A stretch of 63,661 nt of DNA, filler included, from Octopus bimaculoides (GCF_001194135.2; 6 parts of 5 records of this genome joined end to end with filler, not necessarily neighbours in it), one strand, 5' to 3'; shown: positions 1 to 14,015, counted from the whole stretch's first letter. The notes: a model not told the origin generated them from the letters alone. Program-made: numbers and translations.

Positions 1-75
1 ATATATATATATATATACATCTATATATAAATATATATGTGTGTGTATATGTGTGTGTGTGTAAATATGTGTGTG

Positions 76-235
76 CGTCTGAGTTCAAATTCTGTGAGTT
101 CGACGTTACCGTTTATTCTTTTTCAGTTCGATAAAACATGTACCAGTTGGGTGCAGTCCATGTAATCGATTAGTCACCTCCTCCAATATTGCTGGCCGTA
201 TTCCTATAACAGAATTAATAATATAGCCATTTAAA
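76..235 (+). mobile_element. SINE family 1 (tRNA head), truncated and diverged copy
   Basis: B-box tctgagttcaaatt, then a degraded central gataaaa...taccagtt and the tail. Confidence 0.6.
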
Positions 236-591
236 CACAATACATCATTATTTTCAGCTTCTTACCTCGTTAAGACTAAGTAATCTACTTCTGATAAACG
301 AGATCATTTCTTGAAATAGCCATGATATATACCTTATCCTTTTTTATGAAAAAGTAGTTTTGTCTATTATTTCAATATTAACCTGCTTATTTACAAGCAT
401 ACATAAAATTCTAAATAACAATTCTTTATCATTAACAGACTATATCACATGAATATATTTCCCTGCGCCCTTTTGTTGAGAACTATAATATTTGTTCGTG
501 TAAGTACCTATGATATATGTGTAATACATTGGTGTAAATATATAAGACTATGCTACCTCCATGACTGCAGAATGTCATATCACATACAGAT

Positions 592-1014
592 TTATTCCTT
601 CTACTATAAGTAAAAGGTCTGAAATTTAGGGTAATGTCTTACCGACCCTGGTGCTCAACTACTACTTATTTTATAGACTCCGAAAGGATGAAAAGTGAAG
701 TCGACCTCGGCGGAATTTGAACTCAGAACGAAAATACGGATGAAATACCGCTAGGCGTTTCGTCCAACGCGCTATCGATTCTGCCAGTTGCTCGCCTTAA
801 ATCTTTCTAATGTAGGCACGAAGCCTGAAATCTTGGGGAAGTGAGTTGTCGATTACTTTGCACCAGAGTCTCAATTGATGCTTACTTTTTCGACTCTGAA
901 AATAAGAAAAGCAATGTCGACCTTGGTGGAACATAAAATCAGAAAGTAAACACGGACGAAATGCCGCTAAGCATTTTGTCCAGTGTCCTAACGATTCTGC
1001 CGGCTCGCTGCCTC
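592..1014 (-). mobile_element. Two tandem SINE family 1 copies
   Basis: Each has cgaaaggatgaaa...gtcgacct.ggcggaatttgaactcagaacg...ccgctaagcattt...ctgcca on the plus strand. The sense strand has A-box-like TGGCAGAATCG and B-box GTTCAAATTCC. Confidence 0.85.
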
Positions 1015-2199
1015 CGTACCTTTATCTATAACAACAACATTATGGTACGTTCGATGTATGTCAATAAAACTTCTGCTCATTTACTCATGGTTAGAGCAAG
1101 ACGAAAGCTATCCACAATTATGTTAACCTTAGTGTAATACATTTATATAAATATATATTTTGATTGGTTCATGCATTCCATTCCAAACACTCTTTTTGAT
1201 ATGTCATTTACCGTTCGGTATATAACATTCATCAATGAGACAGTAGCCTAACTACCAACTAACTACCATTAAGATTCTAGAAAGCTGACTGTACGGTGTA
1301 GATTGGTGGTATGTTTTCATTCGTCTATAATATAATTGGTGTTGGACACACCAAATGCAATGTAAATATATTTTTCATTTTATCTCTTCATCATTTTTTC
1401 CTTTTTTGTATCTTATTTCTTATACTTATCAAACTGTGTCATCTTTATCACATCATGTCTTCTTATTACTTTCATCTCTTTATTTCCTCACTTGCTTTTG
1501 TTTTGTTTCTCTTATCACATTATATCTGATTTCTTATTTATTAAAAGCTCTGATACTTTCTCTCTTGTCTCTATAACGCGATCTGAGAGTTAATCTCTCT
1601 CTCTTTCATCTTGCTTTAATGAAATAATTAAAATATTGCACACTAATTATTAATCATGAATTGGTCTTTGATGTTTGAACACAACTGAAATATTTTATAT
1701 GTTGTTATTTTTTTAAACTCTAATTAATTACTTCACAGTATTATCACCTGCATCAGCTACAGCCATATTTATCGTAGTTTACACAATCGATAACAATGAT
1801 ATAAATGATTGCATTATCGATAACAAAGTTATCAATAATGGTATTGTTGCTAATAGTATTATCTATAATAATTCTATCGCTGTTAATGTCGCTAATGAAG
1901 TCATTTTCAGTATCGTTATCTCTGAATGAGGGCAATATCAGCATCACTGTTTATGAATGTGAGCATAATTACTGTCAATATTTATGAATGAAGGCGTTGC
2001 TGCTATCCATGTTGTCCAGACGATTCCTTTGGTCTCTTGGAAAAAGTAATTCTACTCAATATGCAGAAACCTCCCTCTCTCCACTTTTTAAACATGATTA
2101 TTGAAGCACACATCTAAAAGTCTACCTCGTCATCCCCTCTAATTAGCTTACCAACCTCTTTATTCATCTCTCCACCCTCTCTTATTAGCTTCCCATCAC

Positions 2200-3830
2200 A
2201 CACACACCGAGAATGGAAACGGAATCACATCTAACCACTTCAAACCAGCAATGTCACCAGTTCTGGGAGCCTTCCATCAGTTGCCCTAAAAAATACGTTC
2301 CGGATTCATTTCCTATTCTCACCAAAATTTTCGTCTTAGCTCTCTATCTATCTAGCTAGCTACCTGCCTGCCTGCCTACCTACCTACCTACCTACCTACC
2401 TACCTAGNNNNNNNNNNGCTTGCCTGCCTGCCAGCCTGCCTGCCAGCCTGCCTGCCTGCCTGCCTGTCTGTCTGCCTGCCTGCCTGCCTGCCTACCTACC
2501 TACCTACCTACCTACCTACCTAGCTACCTACTTCCTGGTTCCCTACCGACTTATCTAGCTATTCATATATCTATATCTATAGCTATTTCATATCTCGAGG
2601 CGTCTATCCATATTCTTTGAAAACTGCTACTACGTGTCCCTTTCCGAAGAAAAGCCTTCACTTTGATATTATCAACTCTCTCCTATCGATTTCATCGAAA
2701 GTGATGAAGACAGCCATTAATAACTAGCCTCTCCAACACCTTGACTACTTCTCTCACCATTCGTCTTCTGAAAATCAGAGCAACTGGAGTCATGCTCTTC
2801 TCTGTCAAACATTAGTGAGCCACTTGATATTTTTGGATAAAACTGCAGTATTTTATATGAATAAATTCTACGACCAACTCTAGCATGCGAATCTCCTTGC
2901 TAAAATTTCCTCTGTACGGGTTCCATCTGTCTCTCGTTGCTTAATGCTCCCTATTAAACTGTATCAACGTTTTCTGACAGAGCTTTTTATGACTTATAAT
3001 ATATTCCCTCAAGTATATTATAACGAATGATTTCTTTTTGTTTTTTTTTCACTCTCCTCATCAACAATGTATTGATTATCAGTTCTCACAATACCCACTC
3101 CTATGCAGATGGTACCATCCATTAATCATCTTTAAACGTACGAGTCATAACACTTTATCCACGTATAATCTTTACATTTCATGGAAGCCCTGAACCGATT
3201 TCATCCACAGAGACTTAAAAAACCACTTCCATCTAGAGCAAACCGATTTTGGCTCCTTTAGTAGCACAATAACTCATTCACTATACATACAAGGAAACAT
3301 ACTGCGCTCCACCAATCCTGCACTTGAACAATGCAACTAGAACCTGTAAAACAGTGTTGGAGACATTGGGTCTCTTTACTTGTATTCTATCATAGTAATA
3401 TCACATTATCGACATAATGATTGCATCACAAAAACTTGGCCTTACACTCCAGAACCAGAAAATAGTTCACATATCAAAATTATTAATCCTTTACAAAACT
3501 CAGTCAAGACCCATAATGTAATTCTGTTCTCAATTTTGGAACGGTGTTGGTGGCACTATATATGCAAACATTCAAGCGTAGCCAAACCAAAAAATCACCT
3601 GAGTGGTAGGTTAAAATCACTGGCCAAACAAACCACTGCCTTCTGGTCAATATACGTGGTGTCTCCTCACTATCTTTCCTACCAGTAATATTGTGGCCTC
3701 TGCTCATTCTTATCCGACACACTCGACTCAACAGTCTCTCTTTTTATTGACACTTATTTTGTGTCCATGCCTCGTGTCTTGCATTAACGAATTTACCCAA
3801 TGTTTTCTCCTCGGAATGTCAGCCCTCTGA
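2200..3830 (+). mobile_element. Degenerate LINE RT (CR1/L2/Jockey group), interrupted by a compound microsatellite
   Basis: PSVALK (~2276), KTATTCPFPKK (~2622), HANLLAKIS (~2884), LLINN...THSYADG (YADD-like, 3102-3113) and LLILYKTQSRPIM*FCSQFWNG (~3480). Many stops and frameshifts. Confidence 0.8.
2341..2580. repeat. Compound tetranucleotide microsatellite (CTAT/CTAG/CCTG/CCTA/TCTG)
   Basis: Read directly from the sequence; contains a 10-N gap. Confidence 0.95.
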
Positions 3831-5834
3831 CATTCCTTCGCTGTCCATATCTTTCATGAAGCTAAGTTGTTGAATTTTCGTAATTGACGAAGAGCATCAA
3901 CCGTATCGATCTCTTGGTAACTTGAAGATATATTCCCGTTCTTCTGTGATTCACAATAGTCACTAACAAAAGCGAGTCTAGAAAGTTCTCGAGATTTATG
4001 AATATGTGAGTCTGTACATTCGTACATATATGTGGGTGTATTTGTGATACACTCATGTAAGTTTACAAGTCTGTATAGTTTACAAGTGTAAGTTTGCAAA
4101 TCTGTGTAAGTTTACATGACTGTGTGGTTCAGGCGGCTATGTAATAACTCTTTATGTTATGTGTTGATGGTTTCGTCTTTATGTTTAAATGATGATTCCC
4201 GTTTATGTTTAAATAATGATTTCCTCAAATGAGGAATCATCATTATCTACTATTTGAAATACATCATTTTATCCATTAACAACAACTGAAGATATATCAC
4301 TTGGGAATGAATTCTTTTGTTCACAGAAATATGGATGTAAGGATTTTATGAATCATATTTCCAGAGAGGATATATATTTGATGTATTTTCTGACTCTCCT
4401 CTAATATAGTTAATCAGTGCCCTTGGGCACAACAACTCTTCCTCAATAAGTAACGTCGAACGTTGGCAAATTGGGTTTTATGCTGGAGTAATATTGTACC
4501 AAATTTTGGATTATTTTTGTTCCGATTAGAGAAAAAATAAATCCATATACTAGTATATAAGCAGTCTTTTAAAAAGATATTTGGGATCTTAAAAGTCGAA
4601 GACTGAACTTAATCTGAAGAGAAGCAAGGAATATTTTTGACTTTATTTGGTTCTAATCTGGTTCGATGAGGTCTGAACAGGTAACTACTTTTAAGATTAT
4701 CCTATTTATCGCTGATATACTTGTTTTCCTAATGCAAAACTTTAAAAAAAATCTTAAGACATTTTCTCAAAGTTGCTTACCCTGTCTCTCCGCTATAGCT
4801 ATTACTATGATGTTCATTGGATACAGTTAACTTATAATTACTCCATTCTTTATATTCAACAAATAAGGAATAACTTCTAATGTTGACAATAAATAAGAAA
4901 AAAAAAACATTACTGAATTTATCTATATTGTAGCACAGTTAAAAACTTTGTCATTACTTTATAATGATGAATATCATTTTATTTATCTAAAGCCATTGAT
5001 GAATGAATAAATACATCTTTAAAATTCTACTTATGGTATATAAATTTGTCTTCTTTTGGCTGCGGCGACTCACTGACAGAATAAGACATAAACAAACAGC
5101 AATTTAGCCAAAAACGAAATAATAAATGAATAAATGTGGTCAAATGACGTTTATTTAATAAACAAAGAATGTATTTATTTTCCGAAACACAACATATCTT
5201 CATCTATTTTCATTTAACCCATCACCTCTGTTAAAAAAAACCATGCTACATTCAGAAACTTTGCTTAGAAAAGTGAATGTTGGGCTGGCTGGCTGGTTTA
5301 ACTTATAAAAGTTTACTCATTTTCCTGAACAAAATCAGTAACTAATTTTATTTTAGTAACTAGAACAAAAGTCTCTCTTCTTGAATGTATCTGTTGTCGC
5401 TACAGTTCTCCTGGTTATTCCAATCACCAAACTATTAATAAACTACTGATATGCTTTGTTTCAACGCTATATTTCACAGCTATTTGTATAGATTTTTTAG
5501 CCAACACTGTACATAGACAGTAGTAAATACAAAGTCATTTCTTACAAATATCTTCGTATTCTACTACACTGTATTTGTATACATTTTTTTAACCAAAACT
5601 GTATGTACATATACCGAGGTAAAGACAATGCCCTTACAAATATTCTCATATTTTACCACGAAATATTTATATCGATTTTTTTCAAGCCAACAATATATAT
5701 GGATATATATATATATATATATANNNNNNNNNNNNNNNNNNNNNNNNNNNNNNNNNNNNNNNNNNNNNNNNNNNNNNNNNNNNNNNNNNNNNNACAAACA
5801 GTTGTATTAGTATAACGCTCGGTAAGTGGAAAAG

Positions 5835-5872
5835 TCTTTAACGTTTCGAGCCTACGCTCTTCCACAGAAAGG
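5835..5872 (-). ncRNA. Minimal hammerhead ribozyme variant (same family as 17950-17986)
   Basis: Minus strand: CCTTT-CTGTGGA-A-GAGC gtag GCTC-GAA-ACGT-T-AAAGA. Flanks match the 17.9-kb copy (tattagtat.acgctcgg). Confidence 0.55.
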
Positions 5873-6575
5873 TACACAGAAAGAAACAAGGAGAGAAAAT
5901 AAAGAATGTGTAGTGGGTAGCGATCTATCGTGGCGAATGCCAGACAGAAGGGTCACACAGGAGAGCTAGGAAGAAGGGGAAATAATAAAGTAGTGGTGAT
6001 CCCAAAACGAAGGTGCGCGTGCGTGTGCATAAGAGAGTTTGTATGTGCGTATGAAAATATTGGAATTTTGTTACGTAAGCTTCTTTTCATTTTGAAAATC
6101 ACCTTGAAAATATTGTCACAAACTCCATAATGATTTACTTGTTCATGCAGGTATTTGCTCATTTAATCTTAAACAACTATTAACTCTGTGTTCCTTACAA
6201 AATACAGATGAAGTATAGATAATAAATAGGAAAAATATTAATTTTATTTATTGAACATTACAGTGAAGAAAAAAGTTGGAGATAAATTATCTTTAGATGT
6301 TGATGTATGATCATGTTTATATTTGTTCCACTACGATTTGATGGACGCAACAAGAGGAATAAAAAAAATATCAATTTATAATGCGGGCCACAGCAGGCGT
6401 TACTTCTAACCATAAACCAGTATCAATAATAATATTGCATCAATATCGCATTAATTTCTGCAGACAGCAGAGAATTCACAGTATTTATATTTCATTAAAT
6501 TTCTTACTGAATACAATACAATACATACATACGTACATACATGCATTCATACATACATACATACATACATACACA

Positions 6576-6863
6576 GGAGTAACTGTGTCGTAAGTAGCTT
6601 GCTTACCAACCACATGGTTCCAGGTTCATTCCTACTGCTTGGGAAAGTGTCTTCTACTACAGCCTCGGGCCGACCAAAGCCTTGTGAGTGGATTTGGTAG
6701 ACGGAAATTGAAAGAAGCACGTCGTATATATGTATGTATATATATATATGTATGTGTGTGTATATGTTTGTGTGTCTGTGTTTGTCCTCCCAACATAGCT
6801 TGACAACCGATGGTGGTGTGTTTACGTCCCCGTAACTTAGTGGTTCGGCAAAAGTGACCGATA
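6576..6863 (+). mobile_element. SINE family 2 (tRNA head, CORE-like block, internal microsatellite), cut by a gap
   Basis: gtaagtagcttgcttaccaaccacatggttcc...aagtgtcttctacta.agcctcgggccgaccaaagcc, then (TA/TG)n, then tgacaaccgatg...gttcggcaaaa. Same layout as 57585-57968. Confidence 0.85.
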
Positions 6864-8540
6864 NNNNNNNNNNNNNNNNNNNNNNNNNNNNNNNNNNNNN
6901 NNNNNNNNNNNNNNNNNNNNNNNNNNNNNNNNNNNNNNNNNNNNNNNNNNNNNNNNNNNNNNNNNNNNNNNNNNNNNNNNNNNNNNNNNNNNNNNNNNNN
7001 NNNNNNNNNNNNNNNNNNNNNNNNNNNNNNNNNNNNNNNNNNNNNNNNNNNNNNNNNNNNNNNNNNNNNNNNNNNNNNNNNNNNNNNNNNNNNNNNNNNN
7101 NNNNNNNNNNNNNNNNNNNNNNNNNNNNNNNNNNNNNNNNNNNNNNNNNNNNNNNNNNNNNNNNNNNNNNNNNNNNNNNNNNNNNNNNTATATATATATA
7201 TATATATGCAAATATTTTTAAGTTCCCCCAGAAGTAGCAAGTTATATATATATATATATATATATACACGTACAATTATATTTATATATGTATAGATATC
7301 TATCTCTTATGCACATGCTTAAGCATAAGCATATACGTATACATGCACATACATATATGCATATACATACAAACATGCATACATATATATGTGTGCGTGT
7401 ATGTGTATGCGTGTGTGTGTATGTATGTGTACATATATACATATATAGTCAAACATGTGAATATCAAACCAACGTGGATTAAAATGTGAGATATTTCAAA
7501 ATCTTCTCAAGACATTTTTATGGCATCATTTTATTCCATTTTACTTATATATTCATTTGTTTGTAAAGATTTATTCATCTTTTCACAATCGTATGTGGTT
7601 CTTGAGAAATTGTTACATAATCATAATATTAAATTCTACCGATCAAAATTTCATACGTATCTATTGGTTTTGTCTCATGCTAAGGGCTGTTGCTATGGTA
7701 TTCGCGGGTCATCCAAGACTTCTCTAACAACTACAAGTCCAATCGATGGAAAAGACGCAGATATAGAATTCTAAACGGCTGACGTCGAAGTCTTGGAAAG
7801 TAAGCACTCAAGATGTGGTTAGTATGAAGCCTGAGGGGAGACAGAAGATGGATAACGGAAACAGGAGTGGCTAGCGAGCTGGAAGTATTTGACTAGAGGT
7901 AACACGAAGCCACAGCAAACGTGGTGTTCGAGCACAGTACATACTGGAATGCAAAAAGATTTTATACCATTTAGTGAGATACTCATTTGATGGAATCTAG
8001 GAAGTGTATACAAATAATTGCTGTAGCGGCGTCTTTGGTTTGAATATTTCATTGTAAACATCAATTGAACTTTGTAGAGACTTAAGTGTTTTCTGGCTTT
8101 CTAGATGATAGGTAGACTTTGTGATGAGGGCCTTTTCATGTTAAAGATGAGCATTTGCCAAAAGTGTTCCATAGTCTAAGTGAAAGCTAGCATTTGAAGT
8201 GATCCTGAGTTTTAAATTTTCGTACTTCTTACGTCTAGTAAAGTTTAAGGTGCGATAAAGTCTTCCTGCTATCTGCAGTGGTCGGGACTTTAGTGTTTAA
8301 ATTGACATGATTGGTTTAGGAGGATATCTTCCATTGTCTTTGTTTTATTGAGTCAATGCAGAGTTGGCGTGAATCGCTAAGGGTGCATACGGATTGTTGG
8401 GCGAGAATGAAGGATGATATTTGCATAGAGACTGTTGATCATCAACGTATTGACAAATAGGTCGGTGAAGCAGAGAAGGAAGAAATTTGGAGAGAAAACC
8501 GAAGACTCAGGAACACTAGATTTGTTGCCGTGTGGTGGGT

Positions 8541-8587
<47 letters not shown>

Positions 8588-8617
8588 NNNNNNNNNNNNN
8601 NNNNNNNNNNNNNNNNN

Positions 8618-8677
<60 letters not shown>

Positions 8678-9204
8678 TCCACATGCCGTTTGGTCTACTT
8701 GCTACTTCTTGGGACACTTAAAATATTTCGGGAGCTAACATTCGTTACTTTTCTGCTTTACTTAAAAGTTCATCTCAATAATATTCATAGCCAATCAGTA
8801 AAATTTATAGACATATTATACGAAACCTACTTTGCGACATTTATGAATACGGTAATAGGAACGCAATATATTGGTCTAATAAATCACAGTGGCGCCATAA
8901 TTACTAGAGAAATTTTATGACTTTATACAGTAATTTATAAATTCGTAAAAGTTACGCGTAAATTTAAAAGAACCTGTACCGTGAAATTCCGTAGCGTTTT
9001 ATTTCTCATTGAAAATTAATGCTGGTTGTATTATACACTAACTGCTGCAGGCCAACCAATTATTTTTCGTGTTCTAAATAAATTATTTCAATAGTAATTA
9101 CACGTACACCTAAGTAGTCTAAAATATTTTCTTCATAAATTTAACGCAAAAGTTCAATTTTTAGTTCAAAATAACGTTTAAGATAGAAAGCGTTGGATAA
9201 TTAT

Positions 9205-9420
9205 TGACTTCAAATTTTGGCATAAGGCCAACAAATTCGGGGTAGGGGTAAGATGATTACATCGACCACGGTACTCAACGGGTACTTATTTTATTGACCC
9301 CGAAAGGGGTAAAAGGTAAAGTCGACCTCGGAAGAATTTGAAATCAGAACGTGAAGACGGGTGAAATACCGGTAAGCAATTCGCCCGGAATGCTAGCGAT
9401 TCTGCCAGCTCGCCGCCTTA
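9205..9420 (-). mobile_element. SINE family 1
   Basis: Full-length match to the other copies in the window. Confidence 0.88.
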
Positions 9421-9784
9421 AAGCTTCTGACAATTATCATCAAGTAATTTATTGAAAGAACATTCCCATATTTCATAGAAGGATTCAATCCAGGATTAAA
9501 ACATTAGTGGAAAGGTATAGTCAGTAAAACTGTTTAGTAATAAGCTTGTTTGGGGCATAATCACGCAAACTAGGAGATATTGGCAGCATTTTCTCCGAAA
9601 ATGGGTAGATACCTTAATAAACTTATTAAAAAAAAAACCCTCAATTATTCGAAACCTATCTCCATTTATAAAATGATGAATTGATCAAGTATGCTAAACT
9701 GCTGCATAATCCCTAACAAAGAAATTAACTGTTTTAACGTTGATTGAAATAAATAAATCACAAAACTAATAAAGCTTTGTATAG

Positions 9785-9830
9785 AGAGTGTGCAATGTGG
9801 AAATACGAGAGTGTGCAATGTGGAAATACG
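9785..9830. repeat. Exact 23-bp tandem duplication
   Basis: agagtgtgcaatgtggaaatacg x2. Confidence 0.95.
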
Positions 9831-10304
9831 AACTATCAAAATTGATTTAACAAAGCATGTTTTTGCAGCTAAAGATATAAAAAATTCGAATTTGTTACTG
9901 AACTACCAAAGCATTTTTTTCTCTAGCAAAATAACAAAATTAGAATCATAGTTAGTCTCATTTGTAATTTGTGATGAAAGCATTTGTCGCGTCGATCATT
10001 TGGGAGAACGTTTTAACAAAGGAATTCTTTCATCATAAAGTGCAGCTGATTTGAAACTGCAAAGAACAAAACACAACGACAAATATCCTACTGAAGGAAA
10101 AAACAAACAAACAAACAGATTGAACATATAAGTTACAGCCAGTTGTAAATTTCCACTAAGTCAATTGAAACTGTTTGTGAAAAGTTTCTATGCGCGTGTT
10201 AGTTATTACAACAAAGAACAAGCTAAATTTGTATTAGAGTTTTTATGGTTAATTTCTAATGAAATGACAAGTCGTAAAAAAGTTTTTTTTAGAGATGTCG
10301 GAAT

Positions 10305-10526
10305 TAATGTTGATTTCAAATTTCGGTACATGACCAGCAATTTCGGGGTAATATCAAGTTAATTAGATCGACCCTAGTCATTAACTAGTACTTATTTTAT
10401 CGACCCCGAAAGGATGAAATGTAAAATTGACCACTGCGGTACTAGAACTTGAAACGTAAAAACGGACGAAATGCCGCTATGCATTTTTGCTCGGCGTGCT
10501 AACGATTCTGCCACCTCGCCACCTTA
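10305..10526 (-). mobile_element. SINE family 1
   Basis: Full-length match to the other copies in the window. Confidence 0.85.
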
Positions 10527-11140
10527 TGATGGCATCAACATTAAAATCTGTTTGCTATTAGAGCAGGCAGAAGAACTTCAAAACTTTCTAGCATTAATAA
10601 TTCTCTCTGCACACTTAGGAAATTAACAAATACAAAATTGATTCTCTTAAAATGTAGTTGTTACGCTTCTCACTTAGTATAGTCTGTTGCTATAGAAGTA
10701 TTTCCTTAAGTTTTACTATTTGGTACTTGAAACTTACAACTGGCTCTATAGATCAGCGCTGCAAAGAGAATCTTACATAGGTATATATAAATTAATAAAT
10801 ATGCCGTGAGATCAGTTTAAATGATTTCCCTTTCAAACACAAGATGGTTGGCAAGAAGTAATGGTGTAAAAAGAATCCATAATCAGCGTGAAGCATGAAA
10901 ATTAGTTTTTCAAACAGCATCTAGTTTCGATGAAAATTATTTAGCCATGGAATTACAAGTTATGTACTTAGATGCAGCTAATGAACTTTATCCAATTCAT
11001 GAAATTTATATTGAGTAAATTCGAGACTTAATTTCCTTTTCCTAAAAGAAATGAGGTTTCACTGTAGTTTCTAAGATAAACTCCTCAGTTTTGCATTGCC
11101 AGAGTTACAATAACTGTTATTCTTCAATCTGAACGTATTG

Positions 11141-11378
11141 TGAAGGCGGCGAGCTGGCAGAATCGTTAGCACGCCGGGCGAAATGCTTAGCGGTATTTCC
11201 CCTACCGATTCATTCTAAGTTCAAATTCCGCCGTAGTCGACTTTACTTTTTATCCTTTCGGGATCGATAAATTAAGTACCAGTTACGCGCTGGGTTTGGT
11301 GTAATCGACTTAATCCCTGCGTCTGTCCTTGTTTGTCCGCTCTATGTTTAGCCCTCTGTGAGCAATAAAGAAATAAAT
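11141..11378 (+). mobile_element. SINE family 1, alternative tail (beta)
   Basis: Same head and centre, but the tail is ctgtccttgtttgtcc...gcaataaagaaataa, as in 39064-39318. Confidence 0.88.
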
Positions 11379-12660
11379 ATGAACGTCTTGAAACGAATTT
11401 GACAGTATCACTCAATGGGAAAGAAAAAAGTGATTAGATTCTGGTTCTTTAATTCGTAATGTTTTATAAAAGAACAAAAAAATACCGTACAAGAACAATG
11501 TTTAAACTATTTTTAAAGATATCTTGCAATGATCTATTGAACTGTCTACCTAGAAATATTGATACTCTTCAATAGTTTTTCAAAAATTGTTTCAGAGTCT
11601 AAGTTATACTCGACCATCTTTTGAAGCTATCCTTTTAACTTAGATGAATCAATTTAAATTTAGATAAATAGAGAACCAGTGGCGTCTAGTGCTAACACAC
11701 TTTTTAAAAAAATGTAATTTCTGAAGAAATTCCTATTGGTGGTTCAAACCTAACATCGATTACTAGGATTTTATTACCAACAGAGCTATGTTGAATCACA
11801 AGGGAATTAGTAAAAAGGAGGGTCTAATTCAAAATCCTTAAGCATTCAAAATTTTCTTCTATATTAGATATATTAAATTACCAACTAACGGAAACCAGAA
11901 CCGACATTCGGACCTTTCTCATACGTTTCAATTTACTTTTAATATTTTCATGTCTAACACAATTTATTACTTTAAAATTTTGGTGTTAATTTTTATAAAA
12001 TCAATTTGGCAACAGCTGCTAACGAAAGTTTCGTTCATGTGAAGTCAACAACACTGCTTTCAATGAATGTTTTGAGAGCGAGAGTCACTCTTTGGCGATA
12101 TAAAATAGATCTCCACTACATCTGTTTTTCAAAACTATTACTTATTTACACCACCATCGACATCACTGGTGTTATCTATACCATCACTAACATCATCATT
12201 CTTATCAATATTTATAAACAGAACTACTAGCGCTACAGTGTAAAAACGTTATATCTGTCCAGCTCTGCATCCTGTCGGATTCTCAGACATGTTTCTAGCT
12301 CTTCAGTTGATATCAATGGGAAATATCGAAGAAAGGCAACTCTGGACAGGTTTAATAAAGTCGTAACTTTAACATAAGCCCAGTCAACAACGTTGACTGA
12401 CTGAGTTGTGTCATTAGACCGCCAGATCAGAATAAATTACAACAGTACCAGAGCTAAGCAGTGTTTAGGCATGAGCGAACTGAAGTTTAGTTAAAACAAG
12501 TGTGTGACATATAACTTCCAATAGATTTCATAAAGATTTCAGTTCGAAAATCCGAGATTGTCACGTCAGGCACATGATGAAGCCTGGAGCATACAACAGT
12601 CGAAATGCTGTTATTACATATAACAAAGTGAAGATACTATTCCAAATTTATCAATGTGTA

Positions 12661-13301
12661 ATAATCCTTTCTCCTATTAGTACAAGACCTGAAATTTAGA
12701 GGATGGGTTATTCGATTACATCGATCCCAGTACTCAACTGGTACTTATCTCATCAACCTCGAAAATGGTGAAAGCAAATTCAATCTCAATGGCATTTGAA
12801 CTCAGAACATAAAAACGAGCAAAATGTCACTGAGCATTTTGTCCGGCATGCAGACGATTCTACCAGTTCACCGCCTTATACCAATGCATAATAATCCTTT
12901 ATACAATAGGCACAAGGCCTGGAATTTTGGGAGAGGAGTAAGTCGATCACATTGACCCCAGTATTTCACTGGTACTTAATTTATAGATCCCGAAAGGATG
13001 AAAGGCAAAGTCGACACCGGCGGAATTTGAACTCAGAACGTACCGGCAGGCGAGATACCGCTAAGCATTTCGCCCGGCGTGCTAACAGTTCTGCCATCTC
13101 GCCGCCTTAAACCAATGCATAATAATGATAATTCCGTGTCTCAGAAAAGGCAGCGTACTGGCAGAAATGTTAGCACACCGGGCGAAATGCTTAGTGGTAT
13201 TTCGTCTGTCTTTACGTTTTGAGTTCAAATTCCGCCGAGGTTATACTTTGCCTTTTAATCTTTCGGGGTCGCTCAAATCGACTGGCCCCACTCTCCAAAA
13301 A
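12661..13301. mobile_element. Cluster of three SINE family 1 copies (two minus, one plus)
   Basis: 12661-12879 (-), 12896-13110 (-) with the 16-bp TSD accaatgcataataat at 12880-12895 and 13111-13126, and 13146-13301 (+, cut by a gap). Confidence 0.9.
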
Positions 13302-13795
13302 NNNNNNNNNNNNNNNNNNNNNNNNNNNNNNNNNNNNNNNNNNNNNNNNNNNNNNNNNNNNNNNNNNNNNNNNNNNNNNNNNNNNNNNNNNNNNNNNNNN
13401 NNNNNNNNNNNNNNNNNNNNNNNNNNNNNNNNNNNNNNNNNNNNNNNNNNNNNNNNNNNNNNNNNNNNNNNNNNNNNNNNNNNNNNNNNNNNNNNNNNNN
13501 NNNNNNNNNNNNNNNNNNNNNNNNNNNNNNNNNNNNNNNNNNNNNNNNNNNNNNNNNNNNNNNNNNNNNNNNNNNNNNNNNNNNNNNNNNNNNNNNNNNN
13601 NNNNNNNNNNNNNNNNNNNNNNNNNNNNNNNNNNNNNNNNNNNNNNNNNNNNNNNNNNNNNNNNNNNNNNNNNNNNNNNNNNNNNNNNNNNNNNNNNNNN
13701 NNNNNNNNNNNNNNNNNNNNNNNNNNNNNNNNNNNNNNNNNNNNNNNNNNNNNNNNNNNNNNNNNNNNNNNNNNNNNNNNNNNNNNNNNNNNNNN

Positions 13796-13834
<39 letters not shown>

Positions 13835-14015
13835 TTTCCCCCCAACCGTTGTTGTTAGGTTTATGTCTCCCCCATAACTTGGTGGTTGAATAACAGAGAC
13901 CGATACAATAAATACCAGGATTAAGAAAGAAAAAAGGACTGGGGACGATTTGTTTGACTAAAATACTTCAAGCCGGTGCCCCAGCATGGCTGCAGTCTTA
14001 TGACTGCAGCAAATA
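13835..14015 (+). mobile_element. SINE family 2, 3' half
   Basis: Follows (TG)n; contains agagaccgata...ccggtgccccagcatggctgcagtc. Confidence 0.7.

Noticed and set aside
1753-1987. 15-bp periodic tract translating to IIDN-like pentapeptide repeats
   Set aside because: It is short and best explained as a decayed trinucleotide-derived minisatellite, with no splice or domain support.
7560-8540. Higher-GC, strand-biased tract resembling an old retroelement
   Set aside because: I could not assign any diagnostic motif in six frames, so it is left unannotated.
12570-12625. TGATGA...GAAAT hammerhead-like spacing
   Set aside because: C3 is missing, the stems do not pair convincingly and GAAAC-GUH is altered. 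Too degraded to call.
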